Assembly: GCA_036785375.1 (NCBI GenBank)
Contig: JAWMAR010000325.1
Location: 186,001-250,000 of the forward strand
Direction: 5' to 3'
Length of the DNA stretch: 64,000 nucleotides
Source of the DNA: Leucoraja ocellata
Lineage: Eukaryota
A model generated the notes under the pieces. It worked only from the letters and a program-made list of their open reading frames with translations, searched no databases and was not told the DNA's origin. Position 1 is the first letter of the stretch. Every line of letters begins with the position of its first letter. Shown one piece after another: positions 1 to 12,859 of the stretch. Made by a program: the position numbers and the translations under genes.

Positions 1-249
1 TAAAATTGACCCAGTCTATGATTAAGGTTCAGGACAGAGTGCACTACCAGGAATGAGAATGTAACTGAAGAAGAGAATAAACATATGGAACAATGAGACA
101 AAAATGATAAGGAAAGAAAATAGAGGAGGAGGGAAATTCAACCATAAATTAAATTGGCGATAATGAAAGTTGGTGGGTTAAGTATGATCAGCAGCATAGA
201 GATTTTCACTTCTGCACAATGTGAAGTGCAATGTGAACTGCAATGACTT

Positions 250-1270
250 CTGTCATTTTGCTCTTCATCTGATGTTAACAATTATCTCCTTCAATGTCAT
301 GGAACATGAAGCGTGGAGAAAGTAAACTAAATGAGCAGCTTTCAACAGTGCTCTGCAAGGATGCGTTCTCAGACTGTACTATACTCCCTGTTACACCCAA
401 GAGTGTGCAGCTATATTATGCTCTATGTCCATTTACAACTTTGCAGTAGACGGAAGAGGACCATATCACGAATATTGACGAGACGGAGTACAGGAAGAAG
501 GTAGAGAGCTTAGTAAGATGGTGTCAAGACAGCAATTTCTCCCCCAATGTAAGGAAGACAAAGAAGCTAGTTATTTAGTCCAGGAAGCATGGTAGACCAC
601 ACACTATGCCCCAATCAGCATCAAAGAGCACTTCAAGTTCAAAGGCATAAATATGACCAACATTGAATCCGCATTGAAACTAAGCATACCAATGCCTCTA
701 CTGAGAAAGTTCAAAATGTTGGCCTATAACTTTTAGTAACATATACAGATGTAGTGTAGAATGTTTACTATTGGGTTGCATCACAGCTTGGTTTGGGAAT
801 AGCTCTGCCCAATGAAATTGCAGAATTATGGATGTAGCCCAGTCCAGCAAACGTATCAACCTCACCTCAACATCATCAACTACGTATACTTTACGGTGCC
901 TCAGGAATGGTGGCAAAATAATCAAAGACCATTTGCATCCTGATCATTCCATCTTCTCCTCTCTCCCATTGAGCAGAAGATGTAAAATCTTGAAAGCGTG
1001 TACAATCAGATTCAGGAACAGCTTATTCCCCTTTATTATCAGATAGAATGGTTCTTCCATAAGCATAGACCTCCAGCCTACCTCATTGGAAACGTTGGAC
1101 TTCGCTCTGTAACTGTACTGTTATAGTATTTTTAAAGAATATTCTGTATCTTGGTTTTTCTTTTTGCCCTACCTGCGATACATTTACATGGCTTGATTGT
1201 ACTTATGTTTAATTTGATGCACAAACAAAAGTTTTTCACTGTATCTCGTTGCACGTGACAATAATAAACC
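250..1270 (+). mobile_element. Degenerate Rex1/Babar-like LINE 3' fragment (end of RT plus 3' UTR)
   Basis: Remnant reading frames (ORF 828..1046, IIKDHLHPDHSIFSSLPLSRR...TIRFRNSLFP) resemble the Rex/Babar C-terminus; tail tttcactgtatctcg...gtgacaataataaac. Confidence 0.7.
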
Positions 1271-1304
1271 AGCGGGAGGACCAACTGAATCTCGGTTTAC
1301 TCAC

Positions 1305-1415
1305 CTGCATTTTTCTGGATGTTCGTCACGTTTGTTGTTGAAATCTAGGGATATTTTTGCATCCAATCCAATCCCAAAGTAATTGTTCATGACACATTTT
1401 TCCATGTACCCATTT
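1305..1415 (-). CDS. DGKD: DGKD exon ~19 (accessory domain start) [37 protein letters not shown]
   Basis: 111 nt, cag|A AAT...TGC AG|gtgagt, phase 2-2; DAGKa motif [12 protein letters not shown]. Confidence 0.97.
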
Positions 1416-1517
1416 CTGAAGAACAAAATAAATCAAACTTAGTTTTATTATCAATAAGATTGCACAGGTAAAATATTTCAGTTTATTTCACCTTGCAAAG
1501 GTATATTCACCAGCTGG

Positions 1518-1645
1518 GAGGACCTGACCCTGACCCTGACCCTGACCCTGGGAGGACCCTCCCTGACCCTGTGAGGACCCAAACCCGACTCTGGGAGGAC
1601 CCAACCCTGACCCTGGGAGGACCCAGCCCTGACCCTGGGAGGGAC
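1518..1645. repeat. (GACCCT)n / GGGAGGACCC compound microsatellite
   Basis: Direct tandem units gaccct interspersed with gggagg. Confidence 0.85.
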
Positions 1646-1947
1646 AAAAATTGAGAATAGGGATAATGAATAATGGGTTTCAGGAAACAGAATCAACACT
1701 TGAAACTTGAGTCATGAACAGGAATACATTTGAGGAAGGAATATAAAACTAAAACATAAAATAATCCATACAACTAAGTTAAATTTAATTTATGGAGTGA
1801 GCCAGAAGAATTTGCGGTACAAATCTACATTGTCGTCTGTACAAAAGGATTATCGGAGATGACTATAGATTTTTTTCTACAGTTTCTTTAAATAACATGT
1901 TCTCCCTTTTTCTTTGATAGACACTTCTGCTGATGAGATAATGGGTT

Positions 1948-2654
1948 TGATGAAGCCGAATAAAGTTACAAAAATAAGAAAAAAATTAAAATAGGTTTCA
2001 GGGCTAGCTTACAGTTTATATTTAGTGTCAAATTAGGCTTGTCTAAGGTTGCAGTGTGTGGGATAATAAATACCATAACATTGTCTCCCAAGTGAGGAAG
2101 TGACAACAAGGAAGAGAGACATAGCTAGTCAAATCTTTGAAGTGAGATGCCATAAAGCAAATGACCAATGTTTATGGGGGAGGAGGTGATAGAGGAAGAG
2201 AGACATAGTTGGTCACATCTTTGAAGCAAGAGGCAATAAAGCAGATGGCCTATGTTTATGAGGGACCAAGTGACAAAGAAGAACCAGGGAAGTGGAAATA
2301 AAATGACCTAAAGGAAATGGCCAATGTTTTTAGTATATCTTGTACCACGTAAACAAAAGGCCTTTGATGTGATGCAATCTGTGGAAACCTTTTCCTGTAC
2401 CTCTGACATGATTAATGTCTGTGGAATGTGCTAAGGGGACAAAAAAAACCCTATTTAAGGCAATGTAATTCTGTTGTTCAGAGAAGAGGACCGAGGACAG
2501 TTAAGTGTCTACATTGGTCACTTAGCTGGAATTCTCGCTCCCTTCCATCGGCCGATGTTAAGTAAAGTTTTGAACTGGTCTACCAAACAGTTTGTGTGGT
2601 GTCTGTTTATTAAGAAGCGAACCTGGTTTAGTTGTTATAAAAGTAACTTTTTCA
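1948..2654 (+). mobile_element. Solo LTR (ERV- or Gypsy-like), 707 bp
   Basis: TGA...TCA termini; identical 4-bp flanks GGTT (1944-1947, 2655-2658); ~84-bp tandem repeat in a U3-like region; TATTTAA at 2452; AGTAAA at 2561. Confidence 0.75.
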
Positions 2655-3528
2655 GGTTCACTGGCTGCTCCCTGGTTGCGGCCATCATTCCTGTATCTGG
2701 CCATAAAATCTGGATAAATACCATCCTGGTATGACCATTAATGTCTACACTTTCCGATGCCTACATGAGAGATCCTCAGCTCCACTTTTTGCCTCTATCC
2801 TTCATGCAGATCAGAAGAGTGTGCAATTCATTCTCAAACTTGCAGTACTCCCACTCTCACTCCATCAACTTTGTATTAGCTAAGGAGACTTTCTTGCCAA
2901 TTGCTCTTGCTTTCATGAAAGTGCTGGAAGTGACCTGGGTACTGACTCACAGGCAATTAACTCCTCTCTATCTACCTCGCCTCACCACTCTTCACTACTT
3001 ATTCCAGACTGTGTGCCCAAACACAATGGATCAGTGTATTCTGCAGATAACACTTGCTGTACCAGATCTGAGAAAGTCTGATGAATTATACGCTTTACGT
3101 AATCTCAACTGCAACTTCCCAATGAGCACTTGATGGGAGAGTGGTGAATGCTTTATCCGGTATCTAATCCACGTTATGCCTAATGTGGGAGCATCAATAA
3201 AACAGCATGGAGGTGTTTTAATTCTCAGTATAACACACACTGCATTTGACCTGGGAATGTTTGTTGGGACATTTTAAAGGAAGATTAAAATTGTTTGAAA
3301 CTGCTCAATACAATGTATGACCTGTAAGTAAGTGGTACTTGCATCAGCTGTAAAGAAGTGATTAATAATCCTCATCTTGAATGGCACAAAGAGAATTCAT
3401 AAAAACAGATTCTGGAATTACACTGTGAAACTTTTGAAAACAGATCAAGCCATTTGAAATGGTATGCCAAACACAGGGGGAAGTAATTTGAGGATAAACA
3501 AAAAACTGCAGCATCTTACAGTACATAC

Positions 3529-3628
3529 AGAGCATCAGGTTCCGAGTTTACAGAGTCAGCATGGACAAATAACATTTTGCTGATGACAGATCCTCCAGCC
3601 AAGGAAGCAGCTAATCCAGCTCGTAAAC
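3529..3628 (-). CDS. DGKD: DGKD exon ~18 SLRAGLAASLAGGSVISKMLFVHADSVNSEPDAL
   Basis: 100 nt, cag|GT TTA...GCT CT|gtatgt, phase 1-2. Confidence 0.93.
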
Positions 3629-4167
3629 CTGAAGGGAGGTGTACAGGACAGAGTCAGTGACAAGGTGCAGCACAAAGTGGAATCAGCCACACCCCCACCT
3701 GAATAAAAGGTGTCCCCTGAGTTAACATTGTTGAGTCCAGTATGAAAGCAGCATTCAGATCCTCATCCCCCCTCCCCCCCCCCCCCCCCACACTTTGTGA
3801 CACATGATGTCCCAGATGGTGATGTCAGGTATTGAATTGAGAGAGGAAAGTCAAAAGACAAAATAATTTGCAGATTATTGTGAGAGACTAACAGCAGGAT
3901 CAGAACAATCCATGCTCCAACAATTCAAGTTAAAACTCAGAAAGTCAGAATATCTAGTTCAAATTCTATGTTACAGTTGAGAGATCCTCAATGTGGTACT
4001 TATTTCTGGTTATCCTCCATAATTTGTTGAAGTAATCTGTAATATTTTACTGCAGTTTAGATCTCTCCTTTAAATCTGCATTGATTAGCATTGCTGATGT
4101 GATCTCACTGGGCAACCACAAGAGGTCCCTGTGGCATATCAGATTTCAGTTTTATAAAATCACTTAC

Positions 4168-4296
4168 TTGGATAAAGAATCTTGGAGTTTAACATTGGCA
4201 AATTGTCTCGATTTCCTGTTGGAGTGGGAAGTGAAGAGGAACTCCCAATGGACAGGTTTCCTTTACTGATCCTCCTCTCACATGGAGACTTTGGCA
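4168..4296 (-). CDS. DGKD: DGKD exon ~17 [43 protein letters not shown]
   Basis: 129 nt, cag|TG CCA...CCA A|gtaagt, phase 1-1. Confidence 0.94.
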
Positions 4297-5369
4297 CTGC
4301 AATAAGGACAGCATATTGGTCTTCATCTACATTTTGCTGACTATTGCTTGGTCAGAATACATCCATTTACACTTAAGATATATCCAAAAAAATGATTTAA
4401 AATTTGGAAGAATCCCATTATGGATGGGACTACAATAAGACCTCAAACCAGCTAACTTCTGCAACTCAATGAAAAATGACATATATGTTTGTACGTTGCT
4501 TTATTTTAAGAGCTCATATTCAGTTCATTTCGAAAAACAGGCACCTTTCTCGGCAGGCTCGAGAAATAAAAACAATCGCTGAGTTTGCTGCTTTGAGTTT
4601 CTGAATCGTCTGTATAAAACAAGGTTTTATTTTTACCGTTTGACTAAATTTCCTGATATTTACTGTTTAAAATTCTTTACTCTAAAAGCCAGTTGCAACA
4701 ATCAAAGATCATTGCCACTTTTTCCATTGGATATTCGACAATGTCATTCTTAGAACTCAACATTGTTTGCATTGTTATTTTACAAATTTCAGTTGGTGCA
4801 ATTCCTACCCTCAGTCCTTAGTTGGTATTGCTGCAGGTCCCAGACAATGAATGACATTGTCCTTGCCTCATGACTTCAGTTCATGTCCCTTTACTCCATG
4901 GAGCATGAACCTTGAACCACGTTTTGATTATTGACGTTCTCCCCTGTCCCCAGTAGATGGCATCCTTGCCTGAAACTTTGATCTTCAGCTTGCAGTACTT
5001 GGTCAATGCACCGTGCAATAAATTCATTTTTGCTCAGCCTTGCTCAATGGCACCTTTAATATTTTTGCAGTGCGTAATTCTGTCGCCTTGTCCATTTCCA
5101 TTAACATGAAGTATGTTCCAGCTTTGACCTTATCCTAAACCTTAATCAGTGACAATCTTGATAAACAACTTAGTTAATTGTTGTTTCTGTGCTATTTCCA
5201 TTCATTTCACTCACCTCTTTTAGTGCCATCCTCAATTGCTAATCAATTTTATTTTCTTATAAACACACCTTTGCTCTTTCTCACAAGCTTTTTATAATAA
5301 CCGTCAATCTCACTCTAGCCCCATCTTCTTTTTCCTTGGTCCTTCCACAACATTTTTTCTTTATTGGGT

Positions 5370-5560
5370 AGGAAGTAGCTGCAGACGTTGGTTTACACCG
5401 AAGATAGACACAAAATGCTGGAGTAACTCAGTGGGACATACAACATTTCTGGATAGGTCTGGATAGAAGGTATGGGTGAAGTCATCCATTCATCTATCCT
5501 TCTATCCAGAGATGCTGTCTGTCCCGCTGAGTTGCTCCAGCATTTTGCATCTATCTTTTT
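5370..5560. mobile_element. Penelope-like non-autonomous hairpin element (no intact ribozyme core)
   Basis: Inverted arms gatagacacaaaatgctggagtaactcag...ctgagttgctccagcattttgcatctatc. Confidence 0.7.
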
Positions 5561-5717
5561 TCTCTACTGCTATCTTTCTCCATTTCCCTCCACTATTCTC
5601 TTGAAAACCCAGAATTCCTTACGCACCATCCATGGGCACGCTAACCTCAGCTGCGTTTATGTTGTGCACTCCTTATACTACTTCATCATAGGTAATTACT
5701 TATCCGAAGTTTGATAC

Positions 5718-5870
5718 CTTTCCTGTTGATCCTTCCTTTAATGTTGGTGCTATATGAGGAGTGCAGAGAGATTTTGTCTTCGTTTTGGGTGTCTTTTCCT
5801 TCTTCTTCAGAGCAAACACCAAAGTTATAACCTTCTTGGTCTTGTGTCTGTGCGTTCTGTTCATCAACAG
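5718..5870 (-). CDS. DGKD: DGKD exon ~16 AVDEQNAQTQDQEGYNFGVCSEEEGKDTQNEDKISLHSSYSTNIKGRINRK
   Basis: 153 nt, cag|CT GTT...AAA G|gtatca, phase 1-1; ORF 5686..5916. Confidence 0.92.
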
Positions 5871-6632
5871 CTGAATAATGCAAAAATAATAGGATCATGT
5901 TTATGAACTTATTCAATATAAGTTAGCTTCATAATAGCTTTCTTCTCTCAAATGTCTATCTCATCCAAAATAAAGATACATTCATAATTGATGGCATACT
6001 GCTATATTTAAAATATTTGTTGATACAACAAGTCTGTGGAATTCTCTGCCTCAGAGGACACCCTCTGAGGCAAGGGAAGATGGACACCTGATTTGAGAAT
6101 TGAGTGATTGGTGTAATGGGGATGTGAAGCGGCCCAAGGACCCAATTAAACATTTTCTTTAGTTAATGAAACCCTTGGGCCATTCACATCCTCCAAGGTT
6201 GATGGCCACAGGATTAAAACTATCCTAGAAATACCCAACAAAGGGCATCCTCAGGACAACATGATCCAAACTCCCCAGCAGTACACAGAGATATCACAGC
6301 GCAGGAATCATATGGAGGTCACAGGTTTACGACACAGCAAGAAATGTCCAGTTGAATTTCATGCTTCAAACTGGAAAACCATATAAACCATGAATACAAA
6401 CTGGTTGCAATTGTAGTGCAAAATGCAATCAAATATTTAGAAAGTAATGTTTCAGCCATGAAAGGAATAATGAATCATATCTCAGTTTGGTTGTTGCTAA
6501 TCTTTAATTCAATGGAACTGGAGCCTGACGTTTATGTACAAAGTGGTATGATACCTTTGTATGAACTGATCAGAATGCCTAATGCCTGTAGATATTGCAC
6601 AATTACTGAGTGAGCTGCTGTTGATTTCTCAC

Positions 6633-6897
6633 CTTTTTCGGCATGTTCTATGATCTGTCGTATTGCTTTCTTCAAACTATTTGCCCGCAACATTAATTGC
6701 TCCCTGGGCCGGAAGATCTGTGGCCTGGGTGAGCAGGCTGGTCTTTCATCGGCAATGTCGCACATGATGTTGGCTGTCTCACCATCTTCCTGCTCCTCTG
6801 CAATTGTTGGCGGTGGGTTTGGTAGAGAGGATATTGCCTGAGATTCGTCACTGAGTGTTTTGAGCAGCGAGTCCAGTTTTTCATTAAGGACAGAGCA
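6633..6897 (-). CDS. DGKD: DGKD exon ~15 [20 protein letters not shown]...[30 protein letters not shown]
   Basis: 265 nt, cag|TGC...AAA G|gtgaga, phase 0-1. Confidence 0.96.
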
Positions 6898-7012
6898 CTG
6901 TAGTTAAGAGATAACATAAATAAGTCAGTCCTCCTATTCTGGCAATAAACTATGATCGTGGAAGGATGGATGCAAAATATTGATTTATGGTTTAAAGCAA
7001 GCATTAGGAGTT

Positions 7013-7105
7013 AGACACAAAAAGCTGGAGTAACTCAGCGAGACAGGCAGCACCTCTGGAGAGAAGGAATGGGTGACGTTTCGGGTCGAGACCCTTCTTC
7101 AGACT
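7013..7105 (-). mobile_element. Penelope-like short element with minimal hammerhead ribozyme core
   Basis: Minus strand reads CUGAAGA-A-GGGU-CUCG-ACCC-GAAA-CGUC; near-duplicated flanks cattaggagtt (7002-7012) / cattagtagtt (7113-7123). Confidence 0.7.
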
Positions 7106-8074
7106 TCTTAATCATTAGTAGTTGACTGTTGAGGAGTATATTAAAAACAAAACTGAGCATGCGTGCTCAAGGATATGATCGCGCGGAAAATATAGCAAAA
7201 CATTTATCATTTCTAATGATAGAGCAAAAAAAACTAATGACATAAAGATCTACAAACAACTGCTGGGAGGGTAACGTAGAGATAAGACAGCATCCTAGTC
7301 CTAGGTATGTATGTATGCTTGTGGCATTCTCCCAGTTTTGTGAATGAAATTCCAGTTGCCATTTTATAGTCCACATTACATATCCAATTCGTGCAATCTA
7401 TAGCCTACTTATTCAATTTGGCCACTCTCCCGCTGCTAAAGAAAGGTAAAAGCTGATTCTGAAGAAGCTCCATTAGCGTGCAAAGTCAGCAGAAGGATGT
7501 CAGGGGGAAATCAGTGAAACAGATGATATAGCTTTTTATCATTAAAGGACAAACTACTGGAGGAACTCAGCAGGTCAAGCAGCATCTGTGGAGGCAAAGC
7601 AATGGTCAATATTTGAATTGGACCCTAATAAATTTTGCAATGAGCCCAATGAATTTCAAGGAAGTGCTAGAAACAGGACCCCGGTGATTTCAAGGAAATG
7701 TTGGAAATAGAATCAGGGCAGTTTAAAGGAACCCAGAGTAGATTAGGGGGAGCACAGGAATCTGGTCTTGGCGAGCCTAATGCCATATCAATGGTATTTT
7801 CAACCAGTGGAATAGTTGATTATCAGAGTTTCATTGCATAAAGGAATCCAGATCAGCAAGAAATGTGCGGAGTGTGAGATTAAAAAGTGTATTCTGTTCA
7901 GTTAAATGGGTCTCACACCTAGTGGTCCCATGCACAAGGAATTGAATAGTTGTTAATGTACACAGTGAATACTAGAAACTGTAGAAATGTACGCCAATAA
8001 ATGTCAGAGTGACTAAAAAATGGAACATGAATCAGAAGCCAACAGTAGCCTACAGCACTTGTCTTCCTGCATAC

Positions 8075-8174
8075 CTTTCTTGCCATGGTCTCAGATTCTT
8101 CCCTGTTCTCTGTTGTCCTTTCATATGCCTTCCCAACCCGGGCCACAAAATCTTTAACTGTTTCACAAAGCACT
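8075..8174 (-). CDS. DGKD: DGKD exon ~14 [33 protein letters not shown]
   Basis: 100 nt, cag|A GTG...AAG|gtatgc, phase 2-0; ORF 7919..8218. Confidence 0.96.
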
Positions 8175-9186
8175 CTGTAAGGAGAAAATGGGTTAACAAT
8201 GCACATGATATTATTCAATCACGCACTTGGTACATTTTCCTCTGCTAGGTATAATACTAAATAGCCTCTATATTTATTTTAGTCCACTAATTTGCAATGG
8301 CTAATAAAGCCATTAAACTATCAGCACTGCCAATTCATTGCAGTAAATTCTTGTGATTAATGCATTTTAATTAAAAACATATATATACTCCATTGCACAC
8401 GTCTGTAATGTTCAGTCCAAGTTCTGTAATGTATGGTTCTGAGACAGCAATTGTCCTTGAGCCCCCTGAGCCATGACGGACACTGCACTTCAGTGGTGCC
8501 CATCCATTCTGGCCACTGAGCACTGAACTGAACTTAAGAACTCAAATCCCCCTGAAGTCTGCTTAGTCCTTCATTGTGTTGATAGGGCCACTCCGAATTC
8601 AAAATAATCACAAACAAAGGTCAATTACTATTTAGCAGTGCGATAAAACTGCAATGAATCAATAATAATTATTTTTTATCTCATGCTTAAAGTTTTACAT
8701 TTTGACACCTTAGGTAACTAACTATCATTGAATTAGAGTAACTGCTGGGAGTGCTCTTTGGGGCCAGAAATCGCATTCCTGGTCAATAAAGACCAAGAAG
8801 TTACAGCACAACTATATTTATTACAATATAACTTGATTATATCTTTCGCTTTCATCGCATTTCATCTGATTTTTGTTGATAAGTTTGAGAAAGCTAAACT
8901 GTTCTTAATGCCAGAGTAGTCATGCACTGCAATTTTGCTTCCACTGGTTAAATGATATTTGATTCAAATTATGACAGCAGCTGTTTCAATGCTCAGAACA
9001 GTGACTGCTATTCTGATTTGAGGAAAAAAAGCCACTTTATACTTTGGTCTCCATTTAGAATGGGATCAGTAGAAGAGGAGGCAGCTGGATAAAGTAATAA
9101 GGGTGGAGGGAGTATTTGAAGTAATTCAGATTGGTAAAAGTCATGAGCTGGCATATTCCAAGTTCTTCTTGTTACAAGATACTCAC

Positions 9187-9281
9187 TTTGCTGATGATAT
9201 TACCACCGAATGCTGATCTGATGTCAGGATTTTGGACAAATGTGCTGCAACTGAATCCTCATAAGATGAAATCTGCTGCAC
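9187..9281 (-). CDS. DGKD: DGKD exon ~13 [32 protein letters not shown]
   Basis: 95 nt, cag|GTG...GCA AA|gtgagt, phase 0-2. Confidence 0.95.
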
Positions 9282-9794
9282 CTGAGCAAAATTGGAATGA
9301 TAAGTAAATCAGCTGCTCTTACAATTTACCCGACACCACTTCAACAAAATAAGAGGGCTATTGTTTATCTTGCCTGGGACTAATGGGGGGGGGGGACTCT
9401 AGAATACAACCTGGGCAATCAAACCTTCAATGAGATTAACGTGTTACTCAATATGATCATGTTTGATTTCTATCTTTTACCATTGGAACACCCATCAAAT
9501 CATCCCTTACTCTTGTCATTTTTTTTACCATTTGTTAAAAATTATCATTGCAAAGGAATTGTGATTAGAGCTACATGCAGACATGACACAGAACTCAAAT
9601 TTAAAAGCCAAGATGCAACTTGCTAAAATCTGCAAACATCTATGAACACTTCCCCTTAGTCGCACTATAATGTTTAATATTATAATGTGTACAATATGCT
9701 ATGTTTGAAGGATTACCACTTCCTCACCAGGCGGGTGATGAATTCATTAGATAACCATTGTTTTCAACTAATGAAATCGATGAAACTGAATTAA

Positions 9795-10092
9795 GGGGTG
9801 GCTCCGCAGCACAGTGGCAGAGTTGCTACCTTACAGTGTCAGAGACGCGAGTTCGATCCTGACTACGGGTGCTGTTTGTGCGGAGTTCTTTCTCCCCGTG
9901 ACCGCATGGGGTTTCTCCGGTGGCTCTAGGGTTTCCTCCTACATCCCAAAGCCATTCAGGTTTGTAGGCTTCAGCAAAAATTGTAAATTGTCCCTAGTGT
10001 GTAGGATAGTGTTAATGTACGGGGATCAGTAGTTGGCGCGGATTCATGCCGAATGGCTTGTTTCCACGCCGTATCTCTAAACTGAACTAAAC
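9795..10092 (+). mobile_element. HE1/V-SINE-like tRNA-derived SINE
   Basis: B-box gagttcgatcc, V-domain-like core ccccgtgaccgcatggggtttctccgg, tail tatctctaaactgaactaaac. Confidence 0.8.
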
Positions 10093-10180
10093 TTCAGAAG
10101 GGCAGTACAATGTGCAGCATGTGACCGAGGATAAAATTCGACTCTATTTTGTTTTTCTCTCATACTGTGCAACTCTTTAC

Positions 10181-10265
10181 CTCTAAATCATCACAGAAAT
10201 CTTCTGTTCCTATTGAAGGGGAGGGGTGCCGAGGGAGTTTTGTTTCATAAACCATGATACCCCAT
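10181..10265 (-). CDS. DGKD: DGKD exon ~12 WGIMVYETKLPRHPSPSIGTEDFCDDLE
   Basis: 85 nt, cag|A TGG...GAG|gtaaag, phase 2-0. Confidence 0.92.
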
Positions 10266-11109
10266 CTGTAAAAATGAAGATAACGGTTAGTCATTCTTTA
10301 CTGGTTTTTCATTTTCTGAAAGACAGTCCACTATCTTTAGTTACATGCCATGCTCACTAACACACTTTTAGTCATTCACCTTATGCCTGGCACCTCTACT
10401 CCTTTCCTCAGCATGCACCATTCCCTTTCCACCACTACATGTACTATTAACCCTCTATGGCTGCAGCATTATCCTCCTTCACAATGTTCCAGCATTATCC
10501 CAATCCCACTGCCACAATGAATTCCCTTCCAAATATTTCCAACTAACCAGAGTTAGTAAATTGCATCCACAGTGAATAGCTTCTACCATATGCAGAACTT
10601 CCTGTTACCTGCTCTCTGCTGTTTCCGAGTTGCTCGGCCCTCATTCCCTGAACTGGCTCGTTTATTAACTTCCAAGAGTTGGTAATACATGCTATTGTCT
10701 CAGCAATATGCACAGTATGTAGTGATGTTTAGTTATTAGGTCAGTTAACAATTTTATCTTTTCTCAATCACTAACCATTTTTGGTTCCATCACAAATCTT
10801 CACTGCTTATGGATGGGTTTCCTTATATCCTCTCTTCCTTGTTAATGCCACGTTTTGAGTTAGCAATTCAACAAACATAAACAAACGCCCAAGCCTAGAA
10901 TTTCAGCAGGTGACTTGACTTAGCAGCCGAGATTGGGAATTGTAATTAGAAGCAGGAACCCTGACGGCTTAGTTCTCCAAAGATTAAAGGTGGCAAATTC
11001 CTTATGTAACAATCGTGTACATTAATGAAATCAGTATAGAGGGATATAGCCGTATCTCTGATTTATTAATAGAAAGGATAGCCAGTGCATTCTCAAATGT
11101 TCCTCTCAC

Positions 11110-11249
11110 CGATCCAGCATTTTTGTACTTGCTCGTTCCAGTTTCTCCAGGATTTGTGGAAGTTGCGTGTCATCATCACAGGCTGATCCCCATCCCAGCA
11201 CTCGTGCTAAGTCATTCCCTGTGCCCAAAGGTAGTACTCCCATCTGGCA
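11110..11249 (-). CDS. DGKD: DGKD exon ~11 [47 protein letters not shown]
   Basis: 140 nt, cag|TGC...GAT CG|gtgaga, phase 0-2; PLGTGNDL motif; ORF 11106..11297. Confidence 0.97.
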
Positions 11250-11983
11250 CTGAAGAATGTTTAAAGTTATTAAAAAAGAAAATAGACCTAACATCAATTT
11301 CTAGAAACATCCTAAAACATATCGCCTTTAAGCCATTATGAAACGCAATCTTCTTCTTTAAACTGTGTTCAACTTTGGAATATAACCTCCTGAACCATAT
11401 ATATCTCTCAAATGTTTGTACTATACGACCTTCATAGGCTGCGGCAAGAATATAATAGTTCGGACATACAAATCATTGCTTCGACTACCACTGGGAGTAT
11501 TATATACAGTATCAGAGGATTTTGTAGCAATAGAGAATGTAGGAAAGATTCACCTGGGTATTGTCTGGACTGGAGGGCTGTAGTTGTAAGGTGAGATTGG
11601 ATAATCTGGTTGTATTCTCATTGGAACAAAAGAGACTGAGGGGACTTTATGGAGGTTTACAAAATTATGAGGGGCATAGACAGGCTCGATAATCAGTAAT
11701 TTACAGAGTGAAGATTATAATTTAGAGAAGACAGTCGTGGGTGATTTCTCTTTCACAGACAACAGGGAGACTCTTCTAACCAGATAAACCAGACATACTC
11801 TAATAAGAGTGTGAAGATGCATACAATGGCTGATCCACATTTTCTTGTTTTGAATTTACAAAGCTGGGACCATGAACAACAACAATACAGATTGCCATTG
11901 CGCCTCTCAAATCAAAACATTGCGCTCAAATCAAACGAGACAGTGGATATTTTTCCAATAAGCCATATGTAATAAGGCAGTAC

Positions 11984-12092
11984 CTGTTTGTGGAGATTGA
12001 GGCTATCGATTTCAGACAGCACCCATCCAACACTCCCATCTCCGCCACACACAAGGATGCGAAATGTATCAAACTTCTGGAATAATCGCAAA
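11984..12092 (-). CDS. DGKD: DGKD exon ~10 [36 protein letters not shown]
   Basis: 109 nt, cag|T...CAG|gtactg, phase 2-0; ATP-binding GGDGS motif intact. Confidence 0.97.
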
Positions 12093-12169
12093 CTGAAAAT
12101 GAAAGCAGCATTTAAAATGAAGTATTAGATATTCTATTCAATTTGAAACCACATGTAGGAAATGACAAG

Positions 12170-12340
12170 ATATAGAAACATAGAAAATAGGTGCAGGAGT
12201 AGTCCATTCGACCCTTCGAGCCAGCACCGCCATGCAATATGATCATGGCTAATAATCCAAGGTCAGTACCCTGTTCTGGGTTTTACCCCATATCCCTTGA
12301 TTCCCGTAACCCTGAGAGCTAAATCTAACTCTCTCTCCAA
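12170..12340 (-). mobile_element. CR1-like LINE 3' end
   Basis: catagaaaataggtgcaggag...cccttcgagccagcaccgcc, same family as 62101-62562. Confidence 0.7.
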
Positions 12341-12859
12341 AACTTGTTCAAGTTCATTTCATGTTCCTATTATGTTTGCTTGTGCCCCTTGATCACTGTC
12401 TTCACTTTTTCCAACAATACCTCAACTTCATTTGTTTTCATTCATCCACCTTTATTTTTCCAGCACAGTGATGGCACAATCCAAAAAAGTAGTAAACTCT
12501 CAGAATGACGCTGTGGTTAATCCTGGTGCCTTAGGTCTCCAGAGAAGGATCGATTCTGATCTTGGTGCAGTCTGTGGGAGTTTCCACGTCTCTTTGACTA
12601 CGTTCTCTTGCCACATGCTGAAGATTTGATGATACACAGGCTAACTGCCCATTATAAATGGCCTAAATGTAGGTGGTGGCAGGAAAATGAGGTGCTGGGG
12701 GGCAGAGAATGTGGAGGGGAGTTAATGGATTTATGAGAGAAAAAAATATTACTTCAGATAGTCGGTCAAGACCCAGTGGGCTGAATGACCTGTTTCTGTG
12801 CTGCATGACATGAATCCATGAAAACATCGCTGTTCGTTTTCCTTTGCATATGACACAAA

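Noticed and set aside
2474-3240. ORFs of 86-130 aa on the plus strand
   Set aside because: Partly inside the solo LTR, no recognisable homology, and antisense within a DGKD intron.
9795-9870. tRNA-like A/B boxes (also at 20519, 49830, 58960)
   Set aside because: These are SINE heads followed by the SINE core and tail; no complete cloverleaf.
11830-11950. Imperfect inverted repeat (atccac...gtggat) with internal duplication, considered as pre-miRNA or snoRNA
   Set aside because: Pairing is short and interrupted with a large loop, and there are no convincing C/D or H/ACA boxes.
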